Of a DNA stretch of 64,000 nt, positions 34,001 to 50,899 are shown piece by piece. This DNA comes from Macrostomum lignano (lineage: Eukaryota), in assembly GCA_002269645.1 (NCBI GenBank), contig NIVC01000119.1, positions 173,323 to 237,322 of the forward strand, read 5' to 3'. The position numbers and the translations under genes are program-made. Each line of letters starts with the position of its first letter. The first letter of the stretch is position 1. The notes beneath the pieces were generated by a model. The model was not told where the DNA came from. It searched no databases and saw only the letters and a list, made by a program, of their open reading frames with translations.

Positions 34001-34530
34001 GAGACTAGACTCATTCTACATGTATAATGAAGTTTTTCTAGTGGTCCTTGAGTTGGGTAGAAATAAATGGAATTTTGATGAGTAGAGTCATTTCAAACTC
34101 AGATAGAATCAACAAGATGGTAGTAGAAATCAAGATAAAAATGGAAAAAAAATTACACAGTGAAGCAGACACCCAATTCCGCCCCAAACCATTACCAAAC
34201 CCTCACCTTGCTGACCCAGGCATCCTGGCAGTGCCAGCCGACTCACCACTGGCCGGGTGGAACTTCCGCCTAATATCGCTGGTGGAATTTCTCGTGCTTG
34301 CCGTCTGCCTGTGCGTCATTGCCGGTTGGACTTGCTTTACCCTGAGACAGCGTCGAGGACTTGGCGGTCAGTATCGCCAAGTGGAAGGTCCAGATCCAAC
34401 AGCAGACGGCGGCAGCGGCAGCGGCGGCAAGATCAAAGCCGGCGGTCACCATCAGCGACAAGAGGAGGAAGAGACGCCTCTGATTGCTGATAAACGGTCT
34501 GGGAAACGAAAAATTCCGATCTACGTTTGA
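28036..34530 (+). CDS. Tyrosinase/TRP-family type-3 copper protein with signal peptide, Cys-rich domain, TM helix and sorting tail; one frameshift in this sequence
   Basis: Exons 28036-28171, ~29449-29705, ~30025/30048-30489, 31345-31720, 33303-33633, 34220-34530. GQFPVAC..CCP, CGGPQRGAC, DDRLSWPLRFF, CQCRPAFWGADCG; CuA YLHLYS/FAHRGPGFLPWHR; LPYWDW; CuB MHNLVH/NDPLFWLHH; TM LISLVEFLVLAVCLCVIAGWTCFTL. Exon 4 is 376 nt, one short of frame. Confidence 0.88.
28180..29200. repeat. 23-bp minisatellite (CCAGTGATATACGCTGCACTCTA) in tyrosinase intron 1
   Basis: About 43 units, starting within ~10 nt of the donor. Confidence 0.95.
29780..29995 (-). mobile_element. Two tandem tRNA-like (SINE-head) segments in tyrosinase intron 2
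   Basis: Minus strand reads GATCGTAGCATGGTGGTCTAGCGG...GAGTTCAAGTCTC, then GGGGGTCAGTGGTCTATCGCG...GCGGGTTAGAATTT (A- and B-box-like pairs). Confidence 0.5.
30586..31312. repeat. 23-bp minisatellite (ATTACACAGCAACAGAGAGGGTG) in tyrosinase intron 3
   Basis: About 31 units. Confidence 0.95.
31742..33205. repeat. 21-bp minisatellite (GACACCCATTTTAGGGGCAAT) in tyrosinase intron 4
   Basis: About 70 units filling nearly the whole intron. Confidence 0.96.
33650..33980. repeat. G-rich ~22-bp telomere-motif-like repeat (GGTAGGGTTTCGGTAGGTTTTG) in tyrosinase intron 5
   Basis: Seen directly; includes TTAGGG motifs. Confidence 0.88.
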
Positions 34531-35194
34531 CAGACACCTGAACAAGTTAAACTATTGAGGCAGTGTTCAATTACTTGCCGAGCTCATCTGTTTCATTTTC
34601 ATTTTATATATATTCTTGCCATGAAAGTTTTTTCAGCCCTTTGAAATTTTTAAGCATTATATTCCATCGTTGTACTAACAGTAGCTTGTCAGCGTTTTTT
34701 TTACTATCCACATGTACTGGACAATTTTTATCCAGCAACTCACGGTAGGTTTTTTGTAACGATCAAATAAAATAAGTGCCGTTTTAACAAATTTAAAACA
34801 AATTAACAACGCCTATAGTGGTTCACTATCAGCAGCAAAGTTTATAATATATTTTTTAATTATTTTCTTACGGAAATTTACCGCCCTTAATTTTATTTGA
34901 ATTAAAGTATCTGACTAACAGCAAGGTTGTACTTTAAGCAAAATTCATTTAACTATTGACGAGATTAGCTAATTAATGGCAGTTATAAATAAGTTACAGC
35001 TTATACCGAATTATCCTCAGAATTTTTAAATTTGCAATTAAAAAGTTTGTTATAACTTTCGTTTTGCACCAACGCAATGAATTTCATAAATACGTTGTGG
35101 AGCTTTGAGAAAAACAAAACAAATATTATTTGTAACTAGAGAAAATATTTGACTAATTTTTGTTGATTGCTCGGTGATAAAATAAGCTAGCAAC

Positions 35195-40223
<5,029 letters not shown>

Positions 40224-43200
40224 GTCTCTGATGTGCTCCGTCTCTAAGCAGAAATTCAATATTTGATAGCATAAAGCTAATTAAGTAGGTTATTAATGCA
40301 CTGCTAATATCCAGCGCCGCGTTTTAAATAGCAGAGGTTTGGGGTTGCTCCGAATTCGTGCATACTTGCATTGGCTGGTTGGTTCGATGTTCATGCGGTT
40401 TTGTATGCAGTTCTGTCACTAGTGTCACTGTATGCACGCTGTCTTTTACTTAATTTACGATTTTCAAAGCTTTCAAATGTGCCGCGCCTCTGAGGGAGGG
40501 TGAGGGCTTGGCTGAGTACACATGCATGCGCATGGGAGGCAAGCCGCGATTGAAAAGACTAGATAAGAGAGATCAAAAATATAAAGTCATAAACAGAACA
40601 GAAAAAGAAGATCGCGCGCCGGTGTGTTTTTGGAAATCAAAAGAGGGGCTCGACTCGACGTTTATGCATGGTGTGGACACGAAAGAAAGGTTATTTATAT
40701 TCACTGAAACATTACCCGTAAAACCTGACCACATGTAAGATCAGACTCGACGGGACTTCATGAAAATGATGTCTGTGTGTTTTAGCCGGACAAAATTTCG
40801 ATGATGATTCAGACGTACTGCTATCCCTGACATCTACATGTATTTAACGGGTCCGCTTGCCACATGCAACCGCGGACGTTTTCCAACCAGAACGTTCGTT
40901 AAATAAGTCCAAGAGGGAAACGTCGAAACTTATACTACACAGATCCACAGAGCGTAGTAGTGAAGAATGTCCGTTCTGCCTCTCAGTTGTTACCAGGTAA
41001 GTATGCGAAGCGCTTCATCTGTGACATGCCTTGCATGCCTTTAGCTTTACTTGGGACAGGCTCAATCGCCTACAGCGTACATCATGGCCCAAACCCATAT
41101 CCTTGGACTCACCGGAGGGGAGAACATGCATATGCTGCAGACACCGGTACCAGTCGATATCAGCTGGTCGTGGTTGTCTCGTGGTTAGTGGAATGGGCGG
41201 CAACCCGTGCAATTCGATCATTCCGACGTCCGCCCACGTATATGTACCAAAACGTACCCGACGTCGATTGGTGAACGTCGCGCTCGCAGATAATTGTTAC
41301 ATTCGTGAATGGCAGTGTTATAATATACATTTAAGTCGGCCAAATTTCCGCGATATCCTATAATGAAGATGGTAAAAGTACTTATTTTCCAGCGACGCCA
41401 ATAGCTAGTAGACGTCGGAAAACGTCGGCCAAGGTCACTGACGTCAGATGGCTGGGCTATGGCTGTACGCTAGTTCAATCCCCATGAAGCTAGTCATGAT
41501 TTGCATGTGCATGTGTACATGCATGTACATGCGCAATGACAAGATCCAAAAATACATTCATTACATAGATTGCAGATCGTCGTGACCAGTCGATCATCAC
41601 AAATAAATTGATGGACCATGAATATACATGTAGTCCAGCAAAGATCCGTTTTAAACTTGGCAAAGTCGGCTGGCCATTCCCTCGTTCCTTGCCATCGATA
41701 CAAATGACTTTATAGCTGCAGTCTCACACTGCAAGCATGCAGTCTGAGCTGCATACATGTAATTTAATTTGACCCAGCGCTCTGGCGGGTTGACCCGACA
41801 TATGTTTGCTGATACTGTACGGGAAGCGAGAAAAAATTAGCTCCGTTTGATCGGAGCAGACTAAAATTCTAAAAGTGCCTTTGGATCGAATAATAAAATG
41901 CATGTCTAGAATTTTGATATATAATAAAAAACTGTGCCTCGCCGGCCATACGCAAATCGCGCGCGCAATTCAATGATGTCGCAGTGTCGCTGCATGTGAT
42001 TTCGCCAGGCGAGTTATCGCCGCATATCGCTTCGCAAAGTAAAGCAAACCGTTCGCGAAATCTTTGGTTACGTGGATACATACATGTAATTTGCGTCCCG
42101 TAGAGGGATCGACCGCACTATAATATGTAATTTGGTTGTTGACGATGATGCCGTATTCGATCAACCGTCACCCATACACGTTGACCCGATGCCAGGTAGA
42201 GCACAGAGGGGGCATGGTCTGTTCCCCCATCATCGCTCTGACAGGTCATATGCAGCATAGTGTATTCTACCGAATATGGCGTACTTCGATGAGGGCATGC
42301 AGAAACAATAATTAAGCTTGCTAAATGTACTTTACACAGAAGTCTTCGCTATAATTTTTTAATGGTGCAAACTACAAATTAGCTAGACTGCGCATGTTTG
42401 AAGATATTTTTATACTAGGAAGCACAACTTATGTTCTCTATAGTTCATTCCGGAGATAATAGAGATTTAGAGAGATTACTTGTGTAAAGTTGTAATTAAT
42501 GTGAAGGATGAAGTATTAGTTTTACGATTTTTCGTGACTTAGCATCAAGTATTTTTGTGCATTATAGTCAAAGAAATTAGTTTAGTTATAAAGGACATTT
42601 TGCTTCTTAAAAGAGTGTTTAAAATATCGTTCCAGTCAAGCTGCTTTGTTAAAGTATATTAAGGTTTGAGAGATATTTTTTAACATTTAAAAAACATTTA
42701 ACCTCAAAGAAACTTTTTGTGACACGAAATCGCTAAACTGTGAACATTTTAGCAACTTAAAATAGAAGTCGTAGTAAGCAAGTTTCGAGGATACCGTAGG
42801 AGTGGTCTTAATAAAAAGTGGCTTTTCAAATATTATAAAGACTTTAAGTGATATGATTGATTTACAGCAAAACTAATAAAAGTAGACCTACTAGTAACGT
42901 CTAGTTTTCTTTTACATAACCTCCACCTCCAGGATTCTATTTATTTACTATTCTGTCGATTTGATCTAAAAAATATCTCCTTCTAAAAATGCCTCTCAAG
43001 CGAGGCAAGTTTTCAGCTCGATTTCCTGCTGTAAGTTGGCTTATTCTATATGGCCTTTTATTTTTAGGCCCAATATATACTTAACAGACTTAACAGTCAA
43101 CATGTAGCATTTCTTCAATGCATTAATTAGACTGGGGCCTAAACTAAGGTCTTAGCCTTGCTGTGACTGATTAGAGAAATATGCTCAGGTCTAAAGTAGA

Positions 43201-43585
43201 ATATATATATTGTAGGCTTACCTTACCTCTGGCTCTAGTTTTACAAAAATAGGCCTAGTTTGCATTTTTAACTTTTCATGATATCTGACTCTATGACTGA
43301 GTCATGTATGATTATGATAAACAATTGATCAATTTTGGCAGTTTTTTCTATGTTTCAATTAAGTGGGCTTACCAAATGAAAAAAATAGTAGGCCTAGCCA
43401 CCTAGCTAGCAATTTTATAGATTATATTATTATAATACTAGTGTTAGGCACTAGTAGTCAAGTAGGCCTAACTTGCAAATGGTAATGCAAGTTACTTTTT
43501 TGTAAAGTGTTTCTTAAGCAAGTTACTTTCCTATCTTTGTAATATAGTAACAATAAGTTACTCATTTTGAAAGTCTGGTTAAGAC

Positions 43586-44053
43586 CCATAGCTGGGAAGG
43601 TGGCAGTTTTTGGTGAATTTTCCGGCGCAAATTGGCCCTTTTTTGGCATACATGGCGCACACGGCGTACAAGGAAAAATTGGAAATGCTCTGGCGGCGCA
43701 CATGGCGCATAGCGCTGAAAAAATATATAGTTACACAACTTACACTTTGTTATACTTTGCAAAATATATGTGTGTCAGGCCTAATTCCATAATTTGTAAA
43801 ATAAAATTATGTAAATTACATAAATTACGTAAATCACGATCTATAAAATATGTAAATGAAATTCAAATTTGTCTACTATAAATTCCTTACAGTAGAATAA
43901 ATACCTTACCTTACCTTACCTTACTTTACCTAGACTTACCTTATCATGGCGCGCTGTGGCGCACAAAATCTTTTTTTCATGGCGCACGGCGCATAGTGCT
44001 CAAAAGCCATCAAAATAGTTCTGGCGCACACTGTGCCACCTTCCCGACTATGG
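43586..44053. mobile_element. ~470-bp non-autonomous TIR DNA transposon (hAT- or P-like)
   Basis: TIR CCATAGCTGGGAAGGTGGCA / TGCCACCTTCCCGACTATGG (2 mismatches). Flanking duplication GTTAAGAC at 43578-43585 and 44054-44061. Subterminal (C)ATGGCGCA repeats. Confidence 0.8.
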
Positions 44054-44931
44054 GTTAAGACCATAGTTACTTTGCAACAATTGCAATAATTAAATTTAAA
44101 ATTGATATGCTTGACTATTATGCCAGTTGTCACATTTTTTAGCATTTGTCATTCCTTAATTCAAAATTAAGTGAATATTATTACATAGTATTAATATTCA
44201 GATCCCTATTATTAACATTATGTTATAATTAATAAAAATATTTGAAACATGTTTTTACTTTGTTAGTTTTAGTAAAATAGCACTACACTGCACTATAATC
44301 TTTTTATATTGTTCTATTTATTTTACTTTATATTGATTATTGATTACCATTGCCCGTTGGTCTATCTATTTGCTTTACGTTGTATCGCCAATTCCTGTCT
44401 CTGTCTATTAATTGGTTAAACCCAATGCCCATTCCCAATGGCAAATTTTGATTAAAACAATGTTAGTAATGAGTTAGAATCTGTATCTACCACTGGTGGT
44501 AGTGGATATAGTAATAGTGAAAACAACTGCTGTTAATTTTGTTAATAACATGGGTAATAGAAGTGAGTAACAGACAATAACTTAAAAGTTACCAGGTTTT
44601 TGTAAAAAAGTGGTAACTTAAATTATAATGTGCAAGTTACTTTTTCTGAGTAACTTGCCTAACACTATATATTATATATTGATAACTAAAATAGAGTCAT
44701 TTATATTTCAAATTGTCATGAAAACTAAATCTAAAAGCAAAAGGTTTGACAAAATTAATTGAGCAAAGATAGGCCTAGTAGTTCTCTTGATTACATTGCC
44801 ATATTATAAAAAGAAGTAAAAGAAGGATAAAGAGTAAAAATTGGCAATATGCATACCATATAGTTATAGACATGATTTCTTAAATATTTAATCCCTTTAG
44901 CATCAAGCAATTTCTTAGCCACAATGCATAT

Positions 44932-46049
44932 CACAGAATACCACAGAATGCTCATTCAGCCACCCTGAAGAAAAAATCTCAAAGCAAAATTATTTTCACT
45001 TTGTGCTACTCTTCCTGTGAAGCTGTGGGAAAGTAGTATGGAGAAGAATCACCATAGACGATATCACTTGCATGGGCTTGTGATTTTTGTCTTCTGTTTT
45101 TTTAGTAATCATACATTGTAGATCAACAAACATTCTTTTATTCTGAGGCAAAGAGCAGTGCGGTGCTATCATGACAAAATCTCAAGCCCAGTGCGCAGCT
45201 TATGGCTGCAATTCCTATGCCTACAAGTGCCCGCATTTGACGCGATTTCATGCATTTCCTTCTGGAGACAGTGCAAGGTATGTAGTTCAGAGAACACATA
45301 GTTGACTCCTGTGGTATGAGTTTTCTTTTTTGATTTCAGAATCACTTTATTAGTGTTCAAAATGTTGCATCTTTCAGGTGCGAAGACTGGGCTCGCCAAT
45401 TGTTTCGAGCTGACCTTCGGCAAGAAAAGCAAACAAACACAAATGGAAGAGAGCGGTTGTGTGCAGTTTACACTTCAGGGATGATTTGTACACCTGCCCA
45501 AATCAACGTCACGAGCCGGGAACACGCCTTTTAAGCAGTGCATATCCTGCATTGAACCTCTACAAGGATGCTCCTGTTGAACGAAAATGAAAGCCACCGT
45601 TAGTTCAAAGTGTGTCGTCATAGCCAGACCCTTGCAGTCCTGCTTCTGCTGCGCTTCACGATCCTCAACCTTATCCTCAAGTACATTGTTTTCAATTTTG
45701 AATTTGTTTACTTAAGCGCTGCAGAAGTGTACTACATTCTTTCCATTTGCGAACCTTTTATTGTTCTTAAGTCAAATTGTTTACAATTTTTTGCTTATAC
45801 GGTATGGAATCCAATACTGGTTGAGTGATTGTTAACCGCCATAAGATCTTGCCACTTGAGTTTTTATAACAATCACATAATTTCAATTATATCGACTGCT
45901 CTAGGAGCTCTCACAAGCAGTAAACTGCTACTTTAACGTTATCAATTAGTTACAACTACTTATAAATCTTTACAGGAAGAGTAGCATCTATGGTGTTTTA
46001 ATTCGAGACGCATTCTACTAATCGATTGAGCATTCTGTGGTATTCTGTG
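44932..46049 (+). mobile_element. 1.1-kb TIR element carrying a THAP-domain gene
   Basis: Perfect 23-bp TIR CACAGAATACCACAGAATGCTCA at both ends, flanked by AT/AT. Internal spliced THAP coding sequence; no DDE transposase. Confidence 0.8.
45171..45590 (+). pseudogene. THAP (C2CH zinc-binding DNA-binding) domain, two exons, frameshifted
   Basis: Exon 45171-45277 MTKSQAQCAAYGCNSY...FHAFPSGDSA; phase-2 GT-AG intron 45278-45377; then RCEDWARQLFRADL...RLCA, a frameshift (apparently +2 nt), HFRDDLY...RLLSSAYPALNL, stop 45588-45590. Confidence 0.8.
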
Positions 46050-46627
46050 ATGCATATACCATCTCAGAAACATTTTTGATCAAACAGTGAAAGTTTAGAA
46101 GTATTTCTTATACTAGTATAACAAATTGAAAGTATATACAGATTATGGATTTTAAAAGGCCTTGCATATTAAGTTTGATACAATGTGAAATTTTAGTTTT
46201 ATGAAGTTTTGGTCTTGTGAAATAAGGTTTTTAGCATTGTAAAATTGTGGTCTTATGAAGCCCGCTTCCCCTTCTTGAGATGCACAATTGTGCTCCACTT
46301 TTCTTTCCTTGTATAACAAGACAATTTTCCAAGATCACTTGTAGGCAGTTGCAAAATGAAGCACAACTTCAAAGCAGTGGCAATGCCAGTGGCTCTAAAT
46401 ATTGTGACTTACTTGTCTTGCATTTGAAAGCCCACAGCAGTTGGTACAAAAAAAATCGCAGCAGTAGACTTGCATTGAGAACCAGCAACAATAGCAGCAG
46501 TATGCTTTTTCCATTTTCATGTTGTTTCAGCACCTGAATACTTGACTGCTACAGACACAGGTTGTTAGCATGTCGCTCTGGTTCAAGTTGAAGCATTATC
46601 TAACAAATATACATATTTATATTTTAG

Positions 46628-49445
46628 GGCCGCATCAAGAAGATTATGCAATTGGACAAGGAGGTTGGAAAGGTGTCAGCTACTGTTCCACCTGTTGTGT
46701 GTGAGGTTCTTTTATTTTTTGACAAATCAATTTTGTAATCAGTTTTTCTTTGAATCGAGGCTGGTATAGACAAAATCAATTTATTAAAAATCATTTTTGC
46801 TATTTTTTTTTCAGCTCGCGCTTTGGAACTGTTTGTTGAAAATCTCATTAGCGAATCGTTTCAATTGGCTCAGCGAAACAATTTAACAAAAACCATCTCT
46901 GTGTCGCATTTGTGAGTGTTACACAAGTTTTTCGATTGCTTTGATATTCTAGCTAAGCGTGTAACTAATGGCAGAAGAATTTATTATATGAAGGAAGCCA
47001 CAATGGGGTAGCAGAGGCACCTGATGAAGGCAACAATGGGGTAGCAGAATCCACCTGATGAAGGCAACAATGGGGTAGCAGAATCCATCTGATGAAGGCA
47101 ACAATGGGGTAGCAGAACCCATCTGATGAAGGCAACAATGGGGTAGCAGAATCCACCTGATGAAGGCAACAATGGGGTAGCAGAATCCATCTGATGAAGG
47201 CAACAATGGGGTAGCAGAACCCATCTGATGAAGGCAACAATGGGGTAGCAGAATCCATCTGATGAAGGCAACAATGGGGTAGCAGAACCCATCTGATGAA
47301 GGCAACAATGGGGTAGCAGAATCCACCTGATGAAGGCAACAATGGGGTAGCAGAATCCATCTGATGAAGGCAACAATGGGGTAGCAGAATCCATCTGATG
47401 AAGGCAACCACAATGGGGTAGCAGAATCCATCTGATGAAGGCAACAATGGGGTAGCAGAATCCATCTGATGAAGGCAACCACAATGGGGTAGCAGAATCC
47501 ATCTGATTAAGGCAACAATGGGGTAGCAGAATCCATCTGATGAAGGCAACCACAATGGGGTAGCATAACCCATCTGATGAAGGCAACAATGGGGTAGCAG
47601 AATCCATCTGATTAAGGCAACAATGGGGTAGCAGAATCCATCTGATGAAGGCAACCACAATGGGGTAGCAGAATCCATCTGATGAAGGCAACAATGGGGT
47701 AGCAGAGGCATCTGATAAAGTCAACAATGGGCTAGCAGAGGCACCTGATGAAGGCAACAATTGGGTAGGAGAGGCACCTGATGAAGGCAACCACAATGGG
47801 GTAGGAGAGGCACCTGATGAAGGCAACAATGGGGTAGGAGAGGCACCTGATGAAGGCAACAATGGGGTAGGAGAGGCACCTGATGAAGGCAACCACAATG
47901 GGGTAGGAGAGGCACCTGATGAAGGCAACAATGGGGTAGGAGAGGCACCTGATGAAGGCAACCACAATGGGGTAGCAGAATCCATCTGATGAAGGCAACA
48001 ATGGGGTAGCAGAGGCATCTGATAAAGTCAACAATGGGCTAGCAGAGGCACCTGATGAAGGCAACAATTGGGTAGGAGAGGCACCTGATGAAGGCAACCA
48101 CAATGGGGTAGGAGAGGCACCTGATGAAGGCAACAATGGGGTAGGAGAGGCACCTGATGAAGGCAACAATGGGGTAGGAGAGGCACCTGATGAAGGCAAC
48201 AATTGGGTAGGAGAGGCACCTGATGAAGGCAACAATGGGGTAGGAGAGGCACCTGATGAAGGCAACAATGGGGTAGGAGAGGCACCTGATGAAGGCAACC
48301 ACAATGGGGTAGGAGAGGCACCTGATGAAGGCAACAATGGGGTAGGAGAGGCACCTGATGAAGGCAACAATGGGGTAGGAGAGGCACCTGATGAAGGCAA
48401 CCACAATGGGGTAGCAGAGGCACCTGATGAAGTCAACAATGGGGTAGGAGAGGCACCTGATGAAGGCAACAATTGGGTAGGAGAGGCACCTGATGAAGCA
48501 ACAATGGGGTAGGAGAGGCACCTGATGAAGGCAACAATTGGGTAGGAGAGGCACCTGATGAAGGCAACAATTGGGTAGGAGAGGCACCTGATGAAGGCAA
48601 CCACAATGGGGTAGGAGAGGCACCTGATGAAGGCAACAATGGGGTAGGAGAGGCACCTGATGAAGGCAACAATGGGGTAGGAGAGGCACCTGATGAAGGC
48701 AACCACAATGGGGTAGGAGAGGCACCTGATGAAGGCAACAATGGGGTAGGAGAGGCACCTGATGAAGGCAACAATGGGGTAGGAGAGCCATCTCACGAAG
48801 GCCAACATCACTCACCCTCCGTCCAGGAAGCACGTGATTGAACGCGAGGAGAAGTTCAGCTTCGCCAGAAAGTTGGTCCGCAATGTGCAAGAACTGCAGA
48901 TCAAGGCTCTCAGCGACACTCTGCCTAACGATTCCACCACAGCTGCTGGCTCCGCATCTTCTTCGTCGGCAATTTTTGCAGCCTCCGTCGGCGGCGCGTC
49001 TTCATCGTCGACGGCGCCAAAAAAGCGCGGCAGAAAACCGAAACGACTCCTAAAAGCGGCAGACTCTGCAACAACAGCAGCAACAACATCGGCTACAGCG
49101 GAGCCGCGTCAGAAAAGAAAATATACAAGGCGAGCTCCCACTGCAGCTCAATTGGCTGCCGCGGCCGCCGCCTCTGCGGTTGAAGAGCCCGAGCCCGTTA
49201 TGAAATCAGCCAAAGCAGAGATTAGCGGCAAGCCTATTGAGACTGTTGATACAGAAGAGGATGACAATGATGGAGAAGAAGAAGATATTGAAGATGAGAA
49301 CGATGATGATAATAATGATGATGAAGATGATGATGAGGCTGCGGAAGCTGCAGCCGCTGCGGCCGTGGTTTCTGCCGACGTTTATCCTGTTGGTCAGGCT
49401 CAGCATCTTCTTGACAACGACCAGGATGCTGAATATGACGACTAA
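46628..49445 (+). CDS. DRAP1: Dr1-associated corepressor / NC2-alpha (histone fold) with a long basic-acidic tail; first exon not located
   Basis: Exons 46628-46700 (GRIKKIMQLDKEVGKVSATVPPVV), 46815-46911 (SRALELFVENL...KTISVSHL), 48827-49445 (KHVIEREEKFSFARKLV...); phases 1 and 2 match. Confidence 0.85.
46990..48800. repeat. 34/37-bp minisatellite (GTAGCAGAATCCATCTGATGAAGGCAACAATGGG) in the last DRAP1 intron
   Basis: About 52 units in two sequence subtypes. Confidence 0.95.
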
Positions 49446-49679
49446 TTATTGACGTTCGAATCGCTGCCGTAAGCTTCTTATTTTATGGCAAATATTGTAG
49501 ATTGCTGCTTTTTGTTTATCATCAGTTGATTTGCCGTTTGATTCTAAAATCTTGGGTCCCTCAGGGGGGTCCATTTCCCCACTTCTGTTGGTCCCTATCC
49601 CATAGACACCTTGCGGAAGTTGCGGGGGTGCCCCCTCTTTTCCTCTTCTATTAATCCCCATCTTACAGACACCTTGGGG

Positions 49680-50250
49680 GTCAATATGCCCCCGCTTCTG
49701 TTGATACCCATCCCAGACACCTTAGGGGTCACTGGCCTTTCTGTTATCCCATAGACACCTTGTGGGGGTCAATGCCCCTCCTGTTATCCCATAGACACCT
49801 TGTGGGGGTCAATGCCCCTCCTATTATCCCATAGACACTTTATGGGGGTCAATGCCCCTCCTGTTATCCCATAGACACCTTGTGGGGGTCAATGCCCCTC
49901 CTGTTATCCCATAGACACCTTGTGGGGGTCAATGCCCCTCCTGTTATCCCATAGACACATTGTGGGGGTCAATGCCCCTCCTGTTATCCCATAGACACCT
50001 TGTGGGGGTCACTGCCCCTCCTGTTATCCCATAGACACCTTGTGGGGGTCACTGCCCCTTCTGTTATCCCATAGACACCTTGTGGGGGTCAATGCCCCTC
50101 CTGTTATCCCATAGACACCTTGTGGGGGTCAATGCCCCTCCTGTTATCCCATAGACACCTTGTGGGGGTCAATGCCCCTCCTGTTATCCCATAGACACCT
50201 TGGTGGTGGGGCAATTCCCCCTCTGTTGGTCTCATCCCATAGACACATTG
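49680..50250. repeat. 40-bp minisatellite (GACACCTTGTGGGGGTCAATGCCCCTCCTGTTATCCCATA)
   Basis: Period 40 checked. Confidence 0.93.
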
Positions 50251-50899
50251 CAGTGTTCCTTTTTGATCACAGACCCCCATTTTGTTTGTTTATGCTATAA
50301 TAACTACTTAATTAAAGTAAAATCTCAGTAATGTACGCTGATCTAATGATGCTAGCTAAAAAATTTAGAAAAATAACTGCTGTTGTGCTGCTTTGTCTTT
50401 ATAACAGCGTTGATTTGAGCCTCGTATGGTGCTTCGGTAAATATAGGTTTGGTTGTACTTTTAACAAACACATTTTGTCCAACTTATTTTCTGTGTAAAA
50501 ACTTTGCTGTTGAATGTGAATTATTGTTGGTGTTTAAATAATAAAAATCAATTGTATTCGCCGTTGTAAATAGGAGCCATTGACAACTTTATAATTTTGA
50601 CTGACTATTGTTTGTATGCTTCTGTTAATAAATGCTGTAGGTTTCCCTTTTCAAATCATATTTTTCCTGCATATTTCATAATTTTTCCCTTTCGGAACTA
50701 TGAAAGAATCGCTCTTTGCCAATATGTCGCTTATACATGTAGTTCATTTATTCATTTTGTCTCCTCTACAATTTATGTACTTTTCAGGTGTTTTTTTGCA
50801 AAAATTACAATTAGTTGCTGTTCCAATGCTGCTTGTTGCTGTTGCTTTTGGAGATTCGCTTTTTCCGTTTTTTTCATTTTAGTTGCTTAAAATGCATCA

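Noticed and set aside
40840-41460. ACGT/GACGTC-rich TIR element
   Set aside because: No matching terminal inverted repeats or TSD could be defined.
46251-46275. SYEARFP as DRAP1 exon 1
   Set aside because: It resembles YNARFPP but has no in-frame ATG context or downstream GT donor. The alternative 40967-40996 (MSVLPLSCYQ, perfect donor) lacks homology.
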